Of a stretch of DNA of 64,000 nt, positions 37,660 to 51,556 are shown piece by piece. This DNA comes from Nemertoderma westbladi. Its lineage: Eukaryota; Animalia; Xenacoelomorpha. Every line of letters begins with the position of its first letter. Within the stretch, counting starts at the first letter, position 1. The notes under the pieces were generated by a model. That model did not search any database, was not told where the DNA came from, and worked only from the letters and a program-made list of their open reading frames with translations. The stretch is taken from positions 22,052-86,051 of the forward strand of contig JAUCBJ010000657.1 of NCBI GenBank assembly GCA_032718475.1, written 5' to 3'. The position numbers were made by a program, and so were the translations under genes.

Positions 37660-38500
37660 CTTGGGGATTTTAGACTTAATTTTCCGAACCATTGGTTTCA
37701 ACAGTTGATCTTGTCTTGCTACAGTTATAGATGATAGTACCCACAATGGGTACTATTAGTCGAGGTGGGAAACCTGGTTTATGAACTTTAACTTTACCGT
37801 AAGGGATAGCTACAGTTGTGCTATCAACTCCCGGCAGTAAATATAGCGCATTACCTTTAGATGTTAGATCTGAGTTCTTCAAATCTGTAATTATAGGATG
37901 AAGTTTACTGTGTATAATAGTCGATGGGTTATAGTTTTTCCTTTCGAGTTTGTATGTAGTTCTAGCGATCGAGGTGATCCATCATTTTCTTGTGGTATTC
38001 CGTTTGGCTGATTACAACGGTTTTATTTCCCTTATCCGCCTGTACGATAATTAAGACGTTTTCTTTGAGTTTATTCTTTAAAGTAAATATTGCCCATTGG
38101 TGGCTATACAATAGATTGTCGAATCGCCTGTTCATGTTTTGTTTTAATCTTATAGAATGTTATTTATAATTCGATCTTCATCCTTTTTAATCGCGAGTAG
38201 GGCTCGAGTGAATGCTTGTTGTATGCTCGTTATAAATTGAATGAGCGGGAACTTTCTGGGTGCGAGGATAAATTTCAGACCATGCACCAAAATGTCCATA
38301 TCCAAGTTGGAAAATTCGGTAGATGTGGTATTAACTATTAGAGAATTCCAGAAAGTTGTATCTACCCATAATTCTTTCTCGTATATTTCTTGTGTTTTCA
38401 GAGTTTCGAATTTTCTCATATATTTGTCTTGTACCTTACTATATTCTCTATCATGACCAGACTTCAGTAGATTCTGTATCATGTGGTCATCGGATGGGTC
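37660..38500 (-). mobile_element. Penelope-like RT remnant (copy at ~43775-44620)
   Basis: L..GLKF..AP, ADKGNKTVV, YGKVKVHKPG.P.R.IV. Confidence 0.75.
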
Positions 38501-38789
38501 GACAATCGTTGATATTTGTTTAGTGAGACTTGTTATGGAGTGGTTCAGGTTGTTCTTCTTGGTAAACAGATAAGTTTTTGGGGAATAGAGGAATTCAGGA
38601 TGTTATGCCTAGAAGTCGGTTTCAGGAAATACTGTAAACTTTACATTTTGCAGACAATGAGAAGGAACCAAAACAAACTGATGGGAAGTTGTTTGATGGG
38701 GGTATAAGATTCGTACTGTAATTAATCATTTAAATAATAAGAAAGCTGATACCCCAATACAAAGTGTTGATGAACACATGTGTAAATTA

Positions 38790-39160
38790 TTGATCATCCA
38801 TACTTTATGAATGGCACTAGGTGTAAACTAACTGCTCTAAGTAAGAACGTTATAGAGGAACGTGTGACATACATGGTCCCCACAAAGGACAGAATGCCTT
38901 TCTTCTGATAATTCCATTAATTCCATCAACGAATAAAACTCCAGTTGAGTTTAGGCATTTGCAATTCTCAGTGAAAATTGGCTTCTGCTTTACAATTAAT
39001 TAAAACTATAATTAATAATAAAATTAAAACTCATATAGTCCTCTCTGAGTGCGATCCATTTACATATGGTATGCTCTATGTTGCGTTCTCTCATGCATAA
39101 TCAACAGAGGGATTGTGTATACTCTACTCTGCAAGACACGAAATGGAAAATTTATGTAAA
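38790..39160 (+). mobile_element. Helitron PIF1-type helicase C-terminal remnant (copy at ~61872-62242)
   Basis: LMNGTR...QFSVKIGFCFTIN...FTYGMLYVAFS. Confidence 0.65.
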
Positions 39161-41658
39161 TAGCAGTCAGCACTGTAAATTTTGACAAAGTTAGTAATAC
39201 TCTATAATATAAACTATAATTTTATAAATCTTTTAATTAATATATTATATACTAAGATGTATCACCCAAACCACCCTTATTTAGCTGCTTTGGCTGTTTA
39301 CCCTTATCTTATTATATTGTACATTAGCCTAAAATTTGCCTAAAATCGTAAATTTTGGCGAAAATTGTGTATTGAGTTTTTATATAATTTTAATGCTTAG
39401 AAAACAGAAAAGTGCTTAATTTAAACCATAATGGAGCTCCTGAGATGAATTTACAAAGTCAGTTTGATTAATAATTACGTTCGAAAAATAAATTTTGAAT
39501 GATAAATAAATAAATAAATTATGATTAATAATAAGTTCGAATAAATAAAGGTTGGCTATTCTAGAAGAATAAAACACTTACATGGCTTGCCCTCTCAAAA
39601 ATCAACTTATTGGTACTTTTGCAGTATCCGTCACACATTTTCTGAAAATTGCCCCAATTGAAATGAAAATTGTTAAAATTGCTTGTATATAGTACGCCTT
39701 GATTATACACTATTCTAGATCATAAATAATACAAATAATATAATGTTCTAGAACATATAGCTAGTTATTTTTCAAATTTAAAATAGCTAGCTTCTAGGCC
39801 TAATGCTTGGTTTGCTCTACTTATGATTTCTGAATACACATACATTATACTTGACCGCATGTCACTCCATTGTTAATGCGCAGCCCCACATATACATTCG
39901 TCAATAAGCAACCTGCCTGCAGCTGAATGTTGTAGTGGAATACTTGCTGCAAGCTTTCTCAGTATCATAGATACTGGTGTTCTAGAACAATTAATTAGTT
40001 TTGGTGACAGTTATTATGTATGTATGAAATAAAAAAATAATAATAATATTAATTGAATATGCATATTTATGGATTGAAATGAGCAGATGTCATTGTCTAT
40101 TGCAAAAAGGATGGGAGAATATTTTTTGCATCTATAGTAAATGAAGTATAATGCTTTTAGAATAATTATCCAAAGATACGGGGGATACTACATTTCGTAT
40201 ATTATCACATGATGATGGCGGTGTCATTGATAGTCCAAAACGATCGTATAATCATCAATGAACATATCAACAACCTGTTTTACAACAACCACCACCACTA
40301 TTTTGGATGGAAACTCCACATCCTCCATCGCACCAACGTCTACCACTCAGTTGTAATACTATTGTTTATAACAATGGATGAAACATTGGTGCCATCACAT
40401 AATGACGAAGATGATCCCTCATCAGCTTCATCGTTATGTGATGGCAACAATGTTTCCTCATATGGACAGTGACGATGATGGTGAGTATTCTGACACTACA
40501 GAGTTTCGAAAACAGAGGCCACAAATTCCTTCAATGGCGGAAGATATTCTTTCTTCAAGTTCAACAGGTATGTCAGTATCTCCAAATATATTATTATACC
40601 CTTAATCTTCTAAACAAGCAGCGTTGATGCTTGTACTATCACTTTGTGGATCCTATCTACATAATATGTACATACTTTCTGAATCGGATTTATTATCGCC
40701 TTTCTTTTACATTTACTTGATAATCAAGAACACCGAGCCCAATAATTCTATAATTCCATTCTTAGAATCATTCTTGTTCGAACGAAAGGTGGTCTTATAT
40801 CAGACTCGTAATGGATCCATACAGCCTTAATCTATCAAAACCACAAAAGAACAAAAAAGACCAAAAACAGGTGCATCAGTTGTTACTCCTAGCAACATAC
40901 TGCAAAGACTAAATGTTGTGTTTTTAGCAACAGGACTGAAGATTACCCCAATGCAACAACAAGCAGCCTTCACACCATTCAAGAATCTGGAGGAGTTATA
41001 GGAAGTGTTTCCACTTCATATTCAGTAGCAGATAGAGCACATCATTCAATTGTTAAAGAACTAGGTAATGTATATCATGAACCATGGACACCTCCAGAAC
41101 TATGCTCCCTTCAGTGGGATAGTAAGCTACTGGGAACATTATTAAATAAATACCAATCCGAAGATAGAGTAACTATGCCCATTGTTGACTCTACCAATTT
41201 GAAGTTCCTTGGGCTTGCTGGTTCTGATCAGTGTTCTGGTGATATAATTGCTGGTCTTACATCTTCTTGACATCTGACATCTCCATCTTCCTAAGAAAAG
41301 GAAATCTGTTGATAATATTGTCAATACGACATTTGATACAACAACTTTAAATACTGGTCATTTATCAGCTGCTTACATCTCTATTCAGGGAAGGATTAAC
41401 TAACACCTCTTATGGTCTGGATGTTGTCATCATATAGGGGAACTTATGATTGGACATGTATTTGAGGACCTGAAAATTGAGGCATCAAAATATCAGATTC
41501 TCTCGATTTTATACCGTTTCTGGTGTTCACAATGCCCGGCCTCGAAAACTCATGGATACGAATTTCTTGTACCAAACATAAATCTTTAATAATAGGTATG
41601 ATATACAGGACTGACCCTATTTCCCATAACAATTATATACTACTTGATTATACTTTAA

Positions 41659-43313
41659 CCCTTTCCGGTCTGGGGACTAGATCTAGTCCATGTAGTAGTT
41701 TATAAAATAAACATCATTTTCAGAGTATATTTTCGACACTCAGTGTGTCCCATTTACTTTTTGAGCATCCGAAATAGACTCTGATCATCTGAAATTCTAC
41801 TTTCGAGGGTCCGGGGTTCTATTTTTGAGTGTCCGAGATTCTACTTTGAGTGTCCGAGATTCTACTTTGAATGTCCGAGATTCTACTTTAATGTCCGAAA
41901 TTCTACTTTTTAGTGTCCGAAATTCTACTTCTGCATGTCTGAAATTTTACTTTGAGTGTCCGAGATTCTACTTTGAGTGTTCGAGATTCTACTTTGAATG
42001 TCCGGAATTCTACTTTGAGTGTCCGAGATTCTAGTTTTGAGTGTCTGAGTTTCTACTTCTCAGTTTCAAGGTTTCTATTTCCAAGCTGAATAATTTTTTT
42101 TCAAACAAAGCATTTATTAATTTATAACACAGTATACTATACAGTATAAAATCGCAAAAAATATAAAAATATACTGAAATAAAATCACAACATTTTACAA
42201 ATAAGGAGGATATTCACTAAAACATGTAGGGCAAAGTCCAGGTTTGTCGGGGCACACCGGGCAGATATACCGACATTTTTTCACTATATCTTTGCTACTA
42301 CAGACACGACAACATTTCTGTGGCCATTGGGTTTTCCCAATTTGATCTTGTTTTACGAGTTTGTGTATTGGAGTCGTTGATGGGGTGGGAGGTACTGGCT
42401 GACATATTGGTTTATGTGGGCTCGCCTGTACCTGGGAAAGGTGGTCAACGACGTCTAGATTATGTTCATAAAACTTCATCCGTTTCGGTATACCATCTTT
42501 ACCATCGCGTGGTTTTTTATCACCATGATATCTTATAAAACTGTTTAGTACCAGACGCTGTATGTAGTGAATGCCTAGTTTGACAAACTATGAATAGGAT
42601 TTACGTACAGCGCTGCATGAAGATATAGTATAAGGTTTATTTGTTGATTTGTACTGGATACAATTATGTCCATTAGTTTATTAGTGATAAATAAATCGAC
42701 ATAATCCTTTACCTAAAATTCCGTTGTATCTATACCTTTCCAAGTAGTTTCCGAGGTTTTAAAATCGCGAACTGGAACCCACGAGTCGTTCTCTTCCTCA
42801 ACAAAGGCCCACGTATTCTGCAGTACTCACAGAAATTCTTCTAATCCTTCGTCTTCTGAGTGTCTGAGTCATTATCGGTTTCCCAGTCATCCTCATCATC
42901 TGAAGTAGAAGTTTCACTGCATGAATCGGATTCATCATCTGGATCATATCCATATCTCCTCCTCTGGGTCTGTAGTCTTTGGGGGTATTTCGATGCCATT
43001 TCCCCATAAAAATGCCCCTATTTATTAGTTTCTACCTAATAAATTTATATACTACTGGCGGACCGGCAACCGGTAGTGTACAGTAAGTAATTACAATAAA
43101 CAATAACACTGTTTCTGGTTTGAAAATCCCGCCAATCTTGGTAGGCTGCAATTGGATATGACCAAGAACAGTGCGGCAAACCTATAGTATGCCCCTACTA
43201 CTGTCCTAGTGCAATCTGTTAGCCGCAATACTCAGTAAGATATAATAATGGACTAGATCTAGGCCCTAGGACACTACCAGGTGGACTAGATCTAGTCCCC
43301 CGACCCGAAAGGG
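41659..43313 (-). mobile_element. Internally deleted piggyBac element
   Basis: TTAA TSD; ~32-bp TIR CCCTTTC.GGTC.GGGGACTAGATCTAGTCCA; C-terminal Cys domain CRVC...CPVCPDKPGLCPTCF (42195..42479); empty site in paralogs. Confidence 0.92.
41790..42060. repeat. ~21-22-bp tandem repeat inside the piggyBac element
   Basis: TTTGAGTGTCCGAGATTCTAC repeated about 12 times. Confidence 0.85.
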
Positions 43314-45059
43314 TTAAACAAATTAACTTCTCTAAATCTCGATGCCGTTTTAACTGGTAACATAATTTACTTAAACCCACAAAAAATTCAGTTCACATAG
43401 AATACATAGGTAAAACATAGAATAGAAATACATAGATCTTCTAGGTTCTTATGGCTACACCCAGTTAATTAAACATCCCACTCGTATAGATGCAGTTACA
43501 AAATGTTAATCTCTTTTAGACCACATTATTACAAACATAACCTCATCATTATCAACTGCTGGAACTTTCCTTTGTAAAATCGGCAATTCTGATCACCACG
43601 CTGTTTATTATATTACAAAAATTTGATTGCATATTTAATAAACCTAAATTATCTACAGTTTATGTTTACTCAAAATTTAATAAATCAGCCTTCTTAATGA
43701 CATCAACAACTCATCATATCATCAGATTCAATAACAATTCAAAAAAAACTTTTTTTTGCAATATTTATGATCCCTTACTTGGGGATTTTAGACTTAATTT
43801 TCCGAACCATTGGTTTCAACAGTTGATCTTGTCTTGCTACAGTTATAGTTGATAGTACCCACCATGGGTACTATTAGTCGAGGTGGGAAACCTGGTTTAT
43901 GAACTTTAACTTTACCATAAGGGATATCTACAGTTGTGCTATCAACTCCTGGCAGTAAATATAGCGCATTACCTTTAGATGTTAGATCTGAGTTCTTCAA
44001 ATCTGTAATTATAGGATGAAGTTTACTGTGTATAATAGTCGATGGGTTATTATAGTTTTTCCTTTCGAGTTTATATGTAGTTCTAGCGATCGAGGTGATC
44101 CATCATTTTCTTGTGGTATTCCGTTTGGCTGATTACAACGGTTTTATTTCCCTTATCCGCCTGTACGATAATTAAGCCGTTTTCTTTGAGTTTATTCTTT
44201 AAAGTATATATTGCCCATTGGTGGCCATACAATAGATTGTCGAATCGCGTGTTCATGTTTTATTTTAATCTTATAGAATGTTATTTATAATTCGATCTTC
44301 ATCCTTTTTAATCGCGAGTGGGGCTCGAGTGAATGCTTGTTGTATGCTCGTTATAAATTGAATGAGCGGGAACTTTCTGGGTGCGAGGATAAATTTCAGA
44401 CCATGCACCAAAATGTCCATATCCAAGTTGGAAAATTCGGTAGATGTGGTATTAACTATTAGAGAATTCCAGAAAGTTGTATCTACCCATAATTCTTTCT
44501 CGTATATTTCTTGTGTTTTCAGAGTTTCGAATTTTCTCATCTATTTGTCTTGTACCTTACTATATTCTCTATCATGACCAGACTTCAGTAGATTCTATAT
44601 CAAGTGGTCATCAGATGGGTCGACAATCGTTGATATTTGTTTAGTGAGACTTGTTATGGAGTGGTTCAGGTTGTTCTTCTTGGTAAACAGATTATTAAGT
44701 TATAGTATTATGTAAGGTATAGTATACTTAAACTGAACTCCCCTTTTAACTTATCAATGAGGTGAGGTGCACAGATTGAACTTATTTTTGGAAGAAACGT
44801 TGGGGGGTATCATTCTCGTTTTTTTACAGTTAAGTATATATTTGATAGAATTTTCAGTGTGCCAGTTGCTTGTGGTTCGTTGCCAGACGGTTGAATAGGG
44901 TGAGTGGTCGTGGCCTGTACCGCAAACTCCATATATTTTTCAGTGAGTTTACATCCATTGTTAACATATAGCAAAGATAAACGGGACAGTAGGATGACTA
45001 GAATTACAAAAATCAGATTTTTGCAATATTTCTGAACCCTTTTCTTCAGGCAAAAATGA

Positions 45060-45600
45060 CAGTAAAGTTAAAGTTCATAAACCAGGTTTCCCACTTCAAC
45101 TAATAGTACCCATGGTGGGTACTATCAACTATAACTGTAGCAAGGCAAAGCAAAGCAACTGTTGAAACAAATGGTTCGGGAAATTAAGTCTAAAATCCCC
45201 AAACCATAGGACCTAATTACAGATCTGAAAGACGAAACAAATAATCACTTGCCTCATTAGATGCTGTTTCTTTATATATAAATATATATATCAACAAACC
45301 TACAAGTGTAATTCAGGAGAATTTGATCCTACTGAATACCAATGGCGCAAGTGTGATAACATATTTAAAAAAGTGCCTATAAATCTAATAATACAAATTA
45401 TATCTACAACACTTCTCAGTACATATTTCAAATACGATAAAACTTTTTACTCGCAAAGATACGGTCTCCCCATGGGACAGCCTGTAGCAGTTACATGTTC
45501 GGGTATGTGGATGGATTTTGTAGAAACCATATTTAACCCGACATTTCCTCTTGCAGATTTAATTTTACTGTATAAACGACACAAGACGATATCCTACTAC
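45060..45600 (+). mobile_element. Penelope-like RT remnant, inverted relative to the 43.8-kb copy
   Basis: KVKVHKPG; SLDAVSLY-like; YFKYD.TFYSQRYGLPMG. Confidence 0.7.
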
Positions 45601-48339
45601 CCATACTGCATAGTATTACATTATAGCATACTGCACAATTATGCCCACCCCAAACTATTGTCATAATTTTCTAAGGAAATGTCATCCACCTTCACTAGTC
45701 TGTAACTGGAAGAGAAGAGTAATATATACATAATGTAATAAGGCATCTGGTCAGAAGTTGGAATAATTAGGAAGGATGTTATCAGGGGTTGAACCAGCCC
45801 TGTCTTGTACCGTTTCAGGTTAATAAATATAATAAAGTAGATCATGGTATTTAATAATCAAAGAAGGCTGTAGGAGTTATGTAGTATTGTTTCAAAACAT
45901 AAAAATAATATTTATCATGATATTTATTAATAACTAATTACTAATAATTATTATTTATAATATTGGTATGCTTAATGATCTACATAGTGAAAAAATGTCA
46001 GTTCCAAGTTACAATCAAATAAATATAAACAAACCAAAATATATAGTTAAAAGTAAACAATAGAAGATTCACTAAACTGTGATCCTCATTTCTACTATAT
46101 GCATTGGTACTGCACTCTCATGTTGCATTATTATTGTGATCTTTAGCTGTGGAAGGTTGTCCATTGAGGTAGGCATCCCCACCGGGATTCCCCCAAAGTA
46201 TGGAGTCAGCAGCTGTACCACTATACTCAGTAATATGTAGCTTATAGTTATCAGTAGAGTCACCCATTGAAGTAATTATACTCAGCATTGGTCTTGGTAC
46301 CAAAGAGCGATCCTCAGTTTGACTCTGGCTTTGGTAAGTTTGTAAATATTTTCCAAACCAAGAAAAAACTCCGTCTAAACATTATCCAAGGCTGTTACAT
46401 AACTGGTCCTCCACACATGATGAAAGTCTTATGACCCGTTTACCTGCCTATGTATGACTATCCAATCCACGGACCTCCAGGGACTGTGTTGTCGCATCTA
46501 ATGAGACCGTCTAACACATTACTATATGGCTGAAGAAGGCGATATAATCTACTTCGGTTTTTAAAACAACCACTGGATGAAGCTGCAACAAAATAACCTA
46601 AATCCTTATTTTTTTTCCTTTAGATCAGCAACAGTCTTTTCCAATTTCCCAACATTTTCCATGACATTTGCCATGATTGCCATTTTCCATGATTATTTTG
46701 ACTTGTAATCTGCTTTATCGCTTGAAGTAAATATCGCTTGAAGTAAATAAAATGAAGTTACTGTTGTTGCTCCCACTAACAACACTACCAAGATCCCACC
46801 AACAATCCCAATCCACCATCTTCTAACTGAAACAACTCGTCTCACAGTAATGTCTTTCCAGGCACATGCAACACATGCAGTCTCATTGGACTGATTGTTC
46901 TCTGGGTAGTATAATAAGTTAAATGTAAACTTTCAAATATTTCAGATTATGATATTTCAATTAAAAGTACAAAAAACAAGGATATAAATATATTATTGAG
47001 ATACCTGTTTTTCAGTTAGGAAATGTAACAACAAATTAATAGGTTTAAGTGTAACTCAATTAATATAGCTCAATAAATGAAACTAAATTGTATTAAAATA
47101 ATAACAAAAGTTGTATTTTAAACAGTCTGTCTATGACAATATTGACAGAATGGCGAGATATTATAAGAGTATGAATTTATATCAAAAATTAATTGCAAAC
47201 AAACTAATAGTTATCCATGAGATCAGCAGAGTTATCATTGACATGAGAATATGCCTCCAGAATTGTCAGAGATTTTTGGGCAGCAATGGTAACACGTAAA
47301 AACTACATTTTTTAAAACTAAATCAGCTTTCCTTTTGATGGTAATGCCTCGAGGCAAACATTGAGAAGCAGGGACCTTGTGTAAATCGATATTCATCTTC
47401 ACAGCATTAACTAACAACTTCCGCTCTGTATGCGCATAGAACAATGCGTATAGGCGCGATAGACATATATTATTATTTAGGTATTATTAGGATCATCACC
47501 ATATCAGACAAACAAGGGCGAACACCCTTGGTCGTTTTGTCAAGTTTATACTTTGATGCCCCATCTGGCCAATCAAAGAATCATGTGGGGTCAATGCTTA
47601 TAGTGTCTAGACTTCGCCATTCGACTCCTTTATTGCTGATTTATAGTCACACCAATCAAAAATATTTCTCTACCGACGAAACACTGCTTTTTAAGCCTGC
47701 ATTTAGCGAATCTGCAGACATGAATGTGTGCCAAGGCTCGAAGTATTTTAGGGTTATTTTCTCAGCGGATACTTCAGAACAATTCACTGCAATCAGAAAC
47801 ATGGTAAATAGGGTCCTGTTTTTATTTTGTTAAGAACAATTATAATCAAGCCATATTGTAAACATCTTCTCATCCCGTTTGCCAATATAAATACCCAAAA
47901 TGCACTGGCAACATTTCGAGCCAATAGCCCACTAATATCTTCATGCCACAACATAGCCTTGTTCAAACATCGGTTTCTTTTATGGAATTTCCCTAATGCT
48001 GCAAATGTTTCATTGAAAAAAACAAATGCTTCGCAAATTTATAATTTACAAATTAAATTACATAATTACCTTTTCCATGTCAGCAGACACAAAGATACCA
48101 TGACCCATACATAATTATTTATCAGCCGATAGTTCTTTATCTGCAAAATATCTTTCACGAGCTGCTTCGGCTATTTACAAATGAAAACTGTAAGAGTCAA
48201 TAAAAGTGTATATTGCTTTAATCCTTAATTATATTACAATATAATTAACACTGGAAAAATACCTTATATAAATGACTATAATGGGATAATCGATATATAA
48301 CGGGATGACTATAACGGGTATATAATCTATACCAACTTA

Positions 48340-48930
48340 CTCTAGACTTGATACCGTACATATAGACATTGTAGGTCCTCTCCCTTCAGCGTGTGGATAC
48401 AAATACTTATTTACAGCCATAGATAGATATACTAGGTGGCCAGAGGTTGCGCCACTACGTGATATTACAACAGATAGTATTGCAAACGCTTTTCTGACAT
48501 CATGGGTTAGTCGATACGGCGTTCCATGAAAAATAATAACTGATCGTGGTTCACAATTCGAGTCTCGACTATTCAGTGCGCTTATTCGAGAATTAGGAAT
48601 TGATAGGTTGAGAACTACTGCTTATCATCCAGCGTGCAACGGTCTCGTAGAGAGATGGCATCGCTCATAAAAAGCTTCATTGCGAGCGAAGTGCAATAAT
48701 TCTTCATGGTATAACGAACTGCCACTTGTCCATTTAGGTTTAAGGTCGGCCGTAGGAATTCACGGTAATTCACCAGCTCAGCTTTTATACGGAACTGAAT
48801 TGTTACTTCCTGGACAATTTTTTGAGCCAGAATCACATAAAGATACCCCAACAGTTCCAGAATTCGTACAAAAACTTTTTGCAAAAGTTGACAAATTTCT
48901 TCCCCCAAGAAGAAATTATAATGTGAATTA
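48340..48930 (+). mobile_element. Gypsy integrase core with stops
   Basis: VHIDIVGPLP..YKYLFTAIDRYTRWPE...TDRGSQFES...TTAYHP.CNGLVERWHR. Confidence 0.9.
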
Positions 48931-49979
48931 TTCTTATTGTAATATAATAATACCTTGGTTAGAACTTTCTCTGTGGGTTTCTTGAACGGCCGGCCGCGGT
49001 TCCTCTTGATTAAACCTGAGTAAATGACTTTAAATAATAAGTTAATTAATAAGTTAAGCCTTCTTATAGTAAGTCTAGCTACGTAGTAATTATATACGGG
49101 CTTATTAATAAATAAATTACCTTTCTTGTAATCGTCCCTGGTCCCAAAACACTTTAATATATTCGATTGCGAATGGCCATTAATTATGGATAATGCAACG
49201 TCTCTATAATAAAGCAGATAATATTTAGACCTATGAATAAACAAACTATAATAATACTGGAATACAAAACTAAACACTAAATAATAATAATAACTTAACT
49301 AGAAAGTCAAGGTTAAACCATACCAAATGAATATAATACAAAGCCGGTTGGTTGAAATAATATGATATTAATATGGAGACACAAGAATATTGTTATTGAC
49401 ATCGCAATACAAAGTAATTATACGTCTGGAGGGAGGAATGACCCCAAGTCTTTGAATAATAGCCTACCCAACGACCAGCATTCAATTAATAATAAAATGC
49501 TTCTACGACTACGGTACTGTACAACCAATAAGAACATTGAAAATTAGTTGAAGGCAATGGCTGAATAGCCGCATAATGTTAAACTGCAACAAATAGGCCA
49601 CGGTCACTCAGGTAAGCAAGCCTGAATGATATGATATAAGTATGACAAGGGCTTGAAGTATTGGCTTCCCCGTCCATAATCTATAGTAACCGTATGAGAT
49701 TTCGTCTTAATTCCCGCTTTGAGGTTCTGAAGGATGAGGTGATTCTCACTTTTTAGCTGTTATTTAGGTGAAACAAAGCATAAGAAGAGTACGTAAAGAA
49801 ATACTTGATATTTTCACTTAATTAACAGCCGAAATGTGTTGGAATTGAAGTTATTAATATTTGTAGATTACTTACTCGAGAAATGTGTAAAGACATTTTT
49901 GAAAATCAAAGACATTTTTGTTAAAGTGTTCTTTGACGACAACGTGTGTAAGACAGCCAATGGGCATAGCTGAATTGAC

Positions 49980-51030
49980 ATTATGCAATTGTAATATTGT
50001 ATTTGTAACCAAGTAACTAACATAAAGGACCCTAAGACCTTATGCATTGACTGGGTCATATGAAACCATGGAAACAATGTAATGTAATATCTTGCAGTCT
50101 GCAAACAAAATGCTTTAAAAGCAGCGGAGTCAACTTCAAAGCTGGATAAGTACCAGATGAAGTGGTTCAATAAACTTTTGGTTGATATGCAAGATTTGTG
50201 ATGTGATCTCTGTATTCTGGAACAGCTTCTGATATGTGTTTCTGTGATTGAATATTCCTGCACCACATTGTCTTGGTGTATATATATTCAGCCCAAGTCT
50301 ACTTCGGAATTCCTTTTGCACTCGTCTTTTTTCTGTCTTCATTAATTTTTCATGTACAGGATTGCGAGATGACCATCTCCAAAAGATAAGTCGATACGAT
50401 ATATGCAGTAAGTACTCAAGGAATCTTATCCATTGATGGATAGTTGATAGACTACAATGAAGCATTTTGTTATCATTACTCAATGGTTGTACGATTATAC
50501 TATCAATATTATTCATTTCAGTAGGCTTAGCTCCATACAAGGTACAGCTTTGTGTTCTTTCTGTCATATCAGAAATAATGGAATGGACTTTGCCATCCAA
50601 CATGGTGACCTCTGTGATGTGGAAGATGGTAACCATTTTGTCATTGATCTGCACAACAGTTTGATGAATCTTGTCAATATCCTTAGTTAAAAGATCATTT
50701 TCCATCAATATTTTCTCTTTGCTTTCTTTGGTAAACTCGAATCTAACAGGTCGACAGTATAGGGTAGAAGAATGGTGATGATTCATTCAAAATATTTGTT
50801 TTATGATGAGTTTCGCCAAAGCCCACTATCTCCAAGAGAACTAAACATGTTACAAATATACATGAGACATCAATATCTGGGTCTTGAGTTGGGAGCGGTT
50901 TGTAATTGCTTTGCCCACTGCACCCATCAAATCCTGGTTGGTTCTCAACCAACTGGTCAAATCCTTGGATCTAAGAATCACTCTAATTAGATCTCTAACA
51001 GTTTTAATGACTTCATTGCTAGAGGAACAC
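49980..51030 (-). mobile_element. Transib transposase remnant
   Basis: GFDGCSGQSNYK, SSTLYCRPVRF, MLDGKV, GAKPTEMN, LLHISYRL, FRSRLGL, FPW..M..S.HKVL. Confidence 0.85.
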
Positions 51031-51184
51031 AGTTGTTCAGCAGTATAATCTACTATGTACTATATGTAATATCTGCTATCTAGTATGAATACTTTGCTGA
51101 GGTATAGAGTAGGAGTAGACTTTGCTGAGGGGTTTTAGAAAAATGTATTTATTCCAGCTAATGTCATCACACCAAATCGTAACT

Positions 51185-51437
51185 TTAAAATCAACCGTTT
51201 AAAGGGGCTAACTCATTATTTGAGTAATGAATTTGATTTAGCTCCCTTTAAATGCTTCCGTTTAAAAGGAGCTAAGTCAGAATTTGTAGAATTATTTTGA
51301 GTTAGCTCCCTTTAAACTGTTCTGTTTAAAAGGAGCTAACTCAAATTTGCTGAATTATTTTGAGTTACATACTGTAGATATTAATGTCTGAGTTAGCCAT
51401 TTTTAAACGGAACCGTTTCAAAGGAGCTAACTCAAAA
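51185..51437. repeat. Cluster of direct and inverted TTTAAAAGGAGCTAACTC motifs
   Basis: About four forward and three reverse copies in alternation. Confidence 0.6.
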
Positions 51438-51556
51438 TTAGCCCATTGTGGGAATTGATTCATCAGTATACGTTGAACTCGAACTGCCAATAACTACCTC
51501 TTTAGGTGTAGATGTGTAGGGTAAGATTTCATTCGCTCGAAAAACTATGCCATTAA

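Larger units (their letters stand above)
36119..44692 (+). repeat. Local duplication: 36119-38572 repeated at 40508-44692
   Basis: Near-identical sequence and ORFs (36242/40624, 37676/43794, 38241/44362); second copy carries a piggyBac insertion. Confidence 0.9.

Noticed and set aside
40209-40830. Short ORFs conserved at 63291-63912
   Set aside because: Identity reflects recent duplication, not coding constraint
47200-48170. Possible degraded coding remnant
   Set aside because: No motif I could assign
48615-49277. 220-aa minus-strand ORF
   Set aside because: Spans antisense integrase and AT-rich DNA; composition is not protein-like
48973-49790. Possible solo LTR
   Set aside because: No convincing TG...CA ends or TSD found
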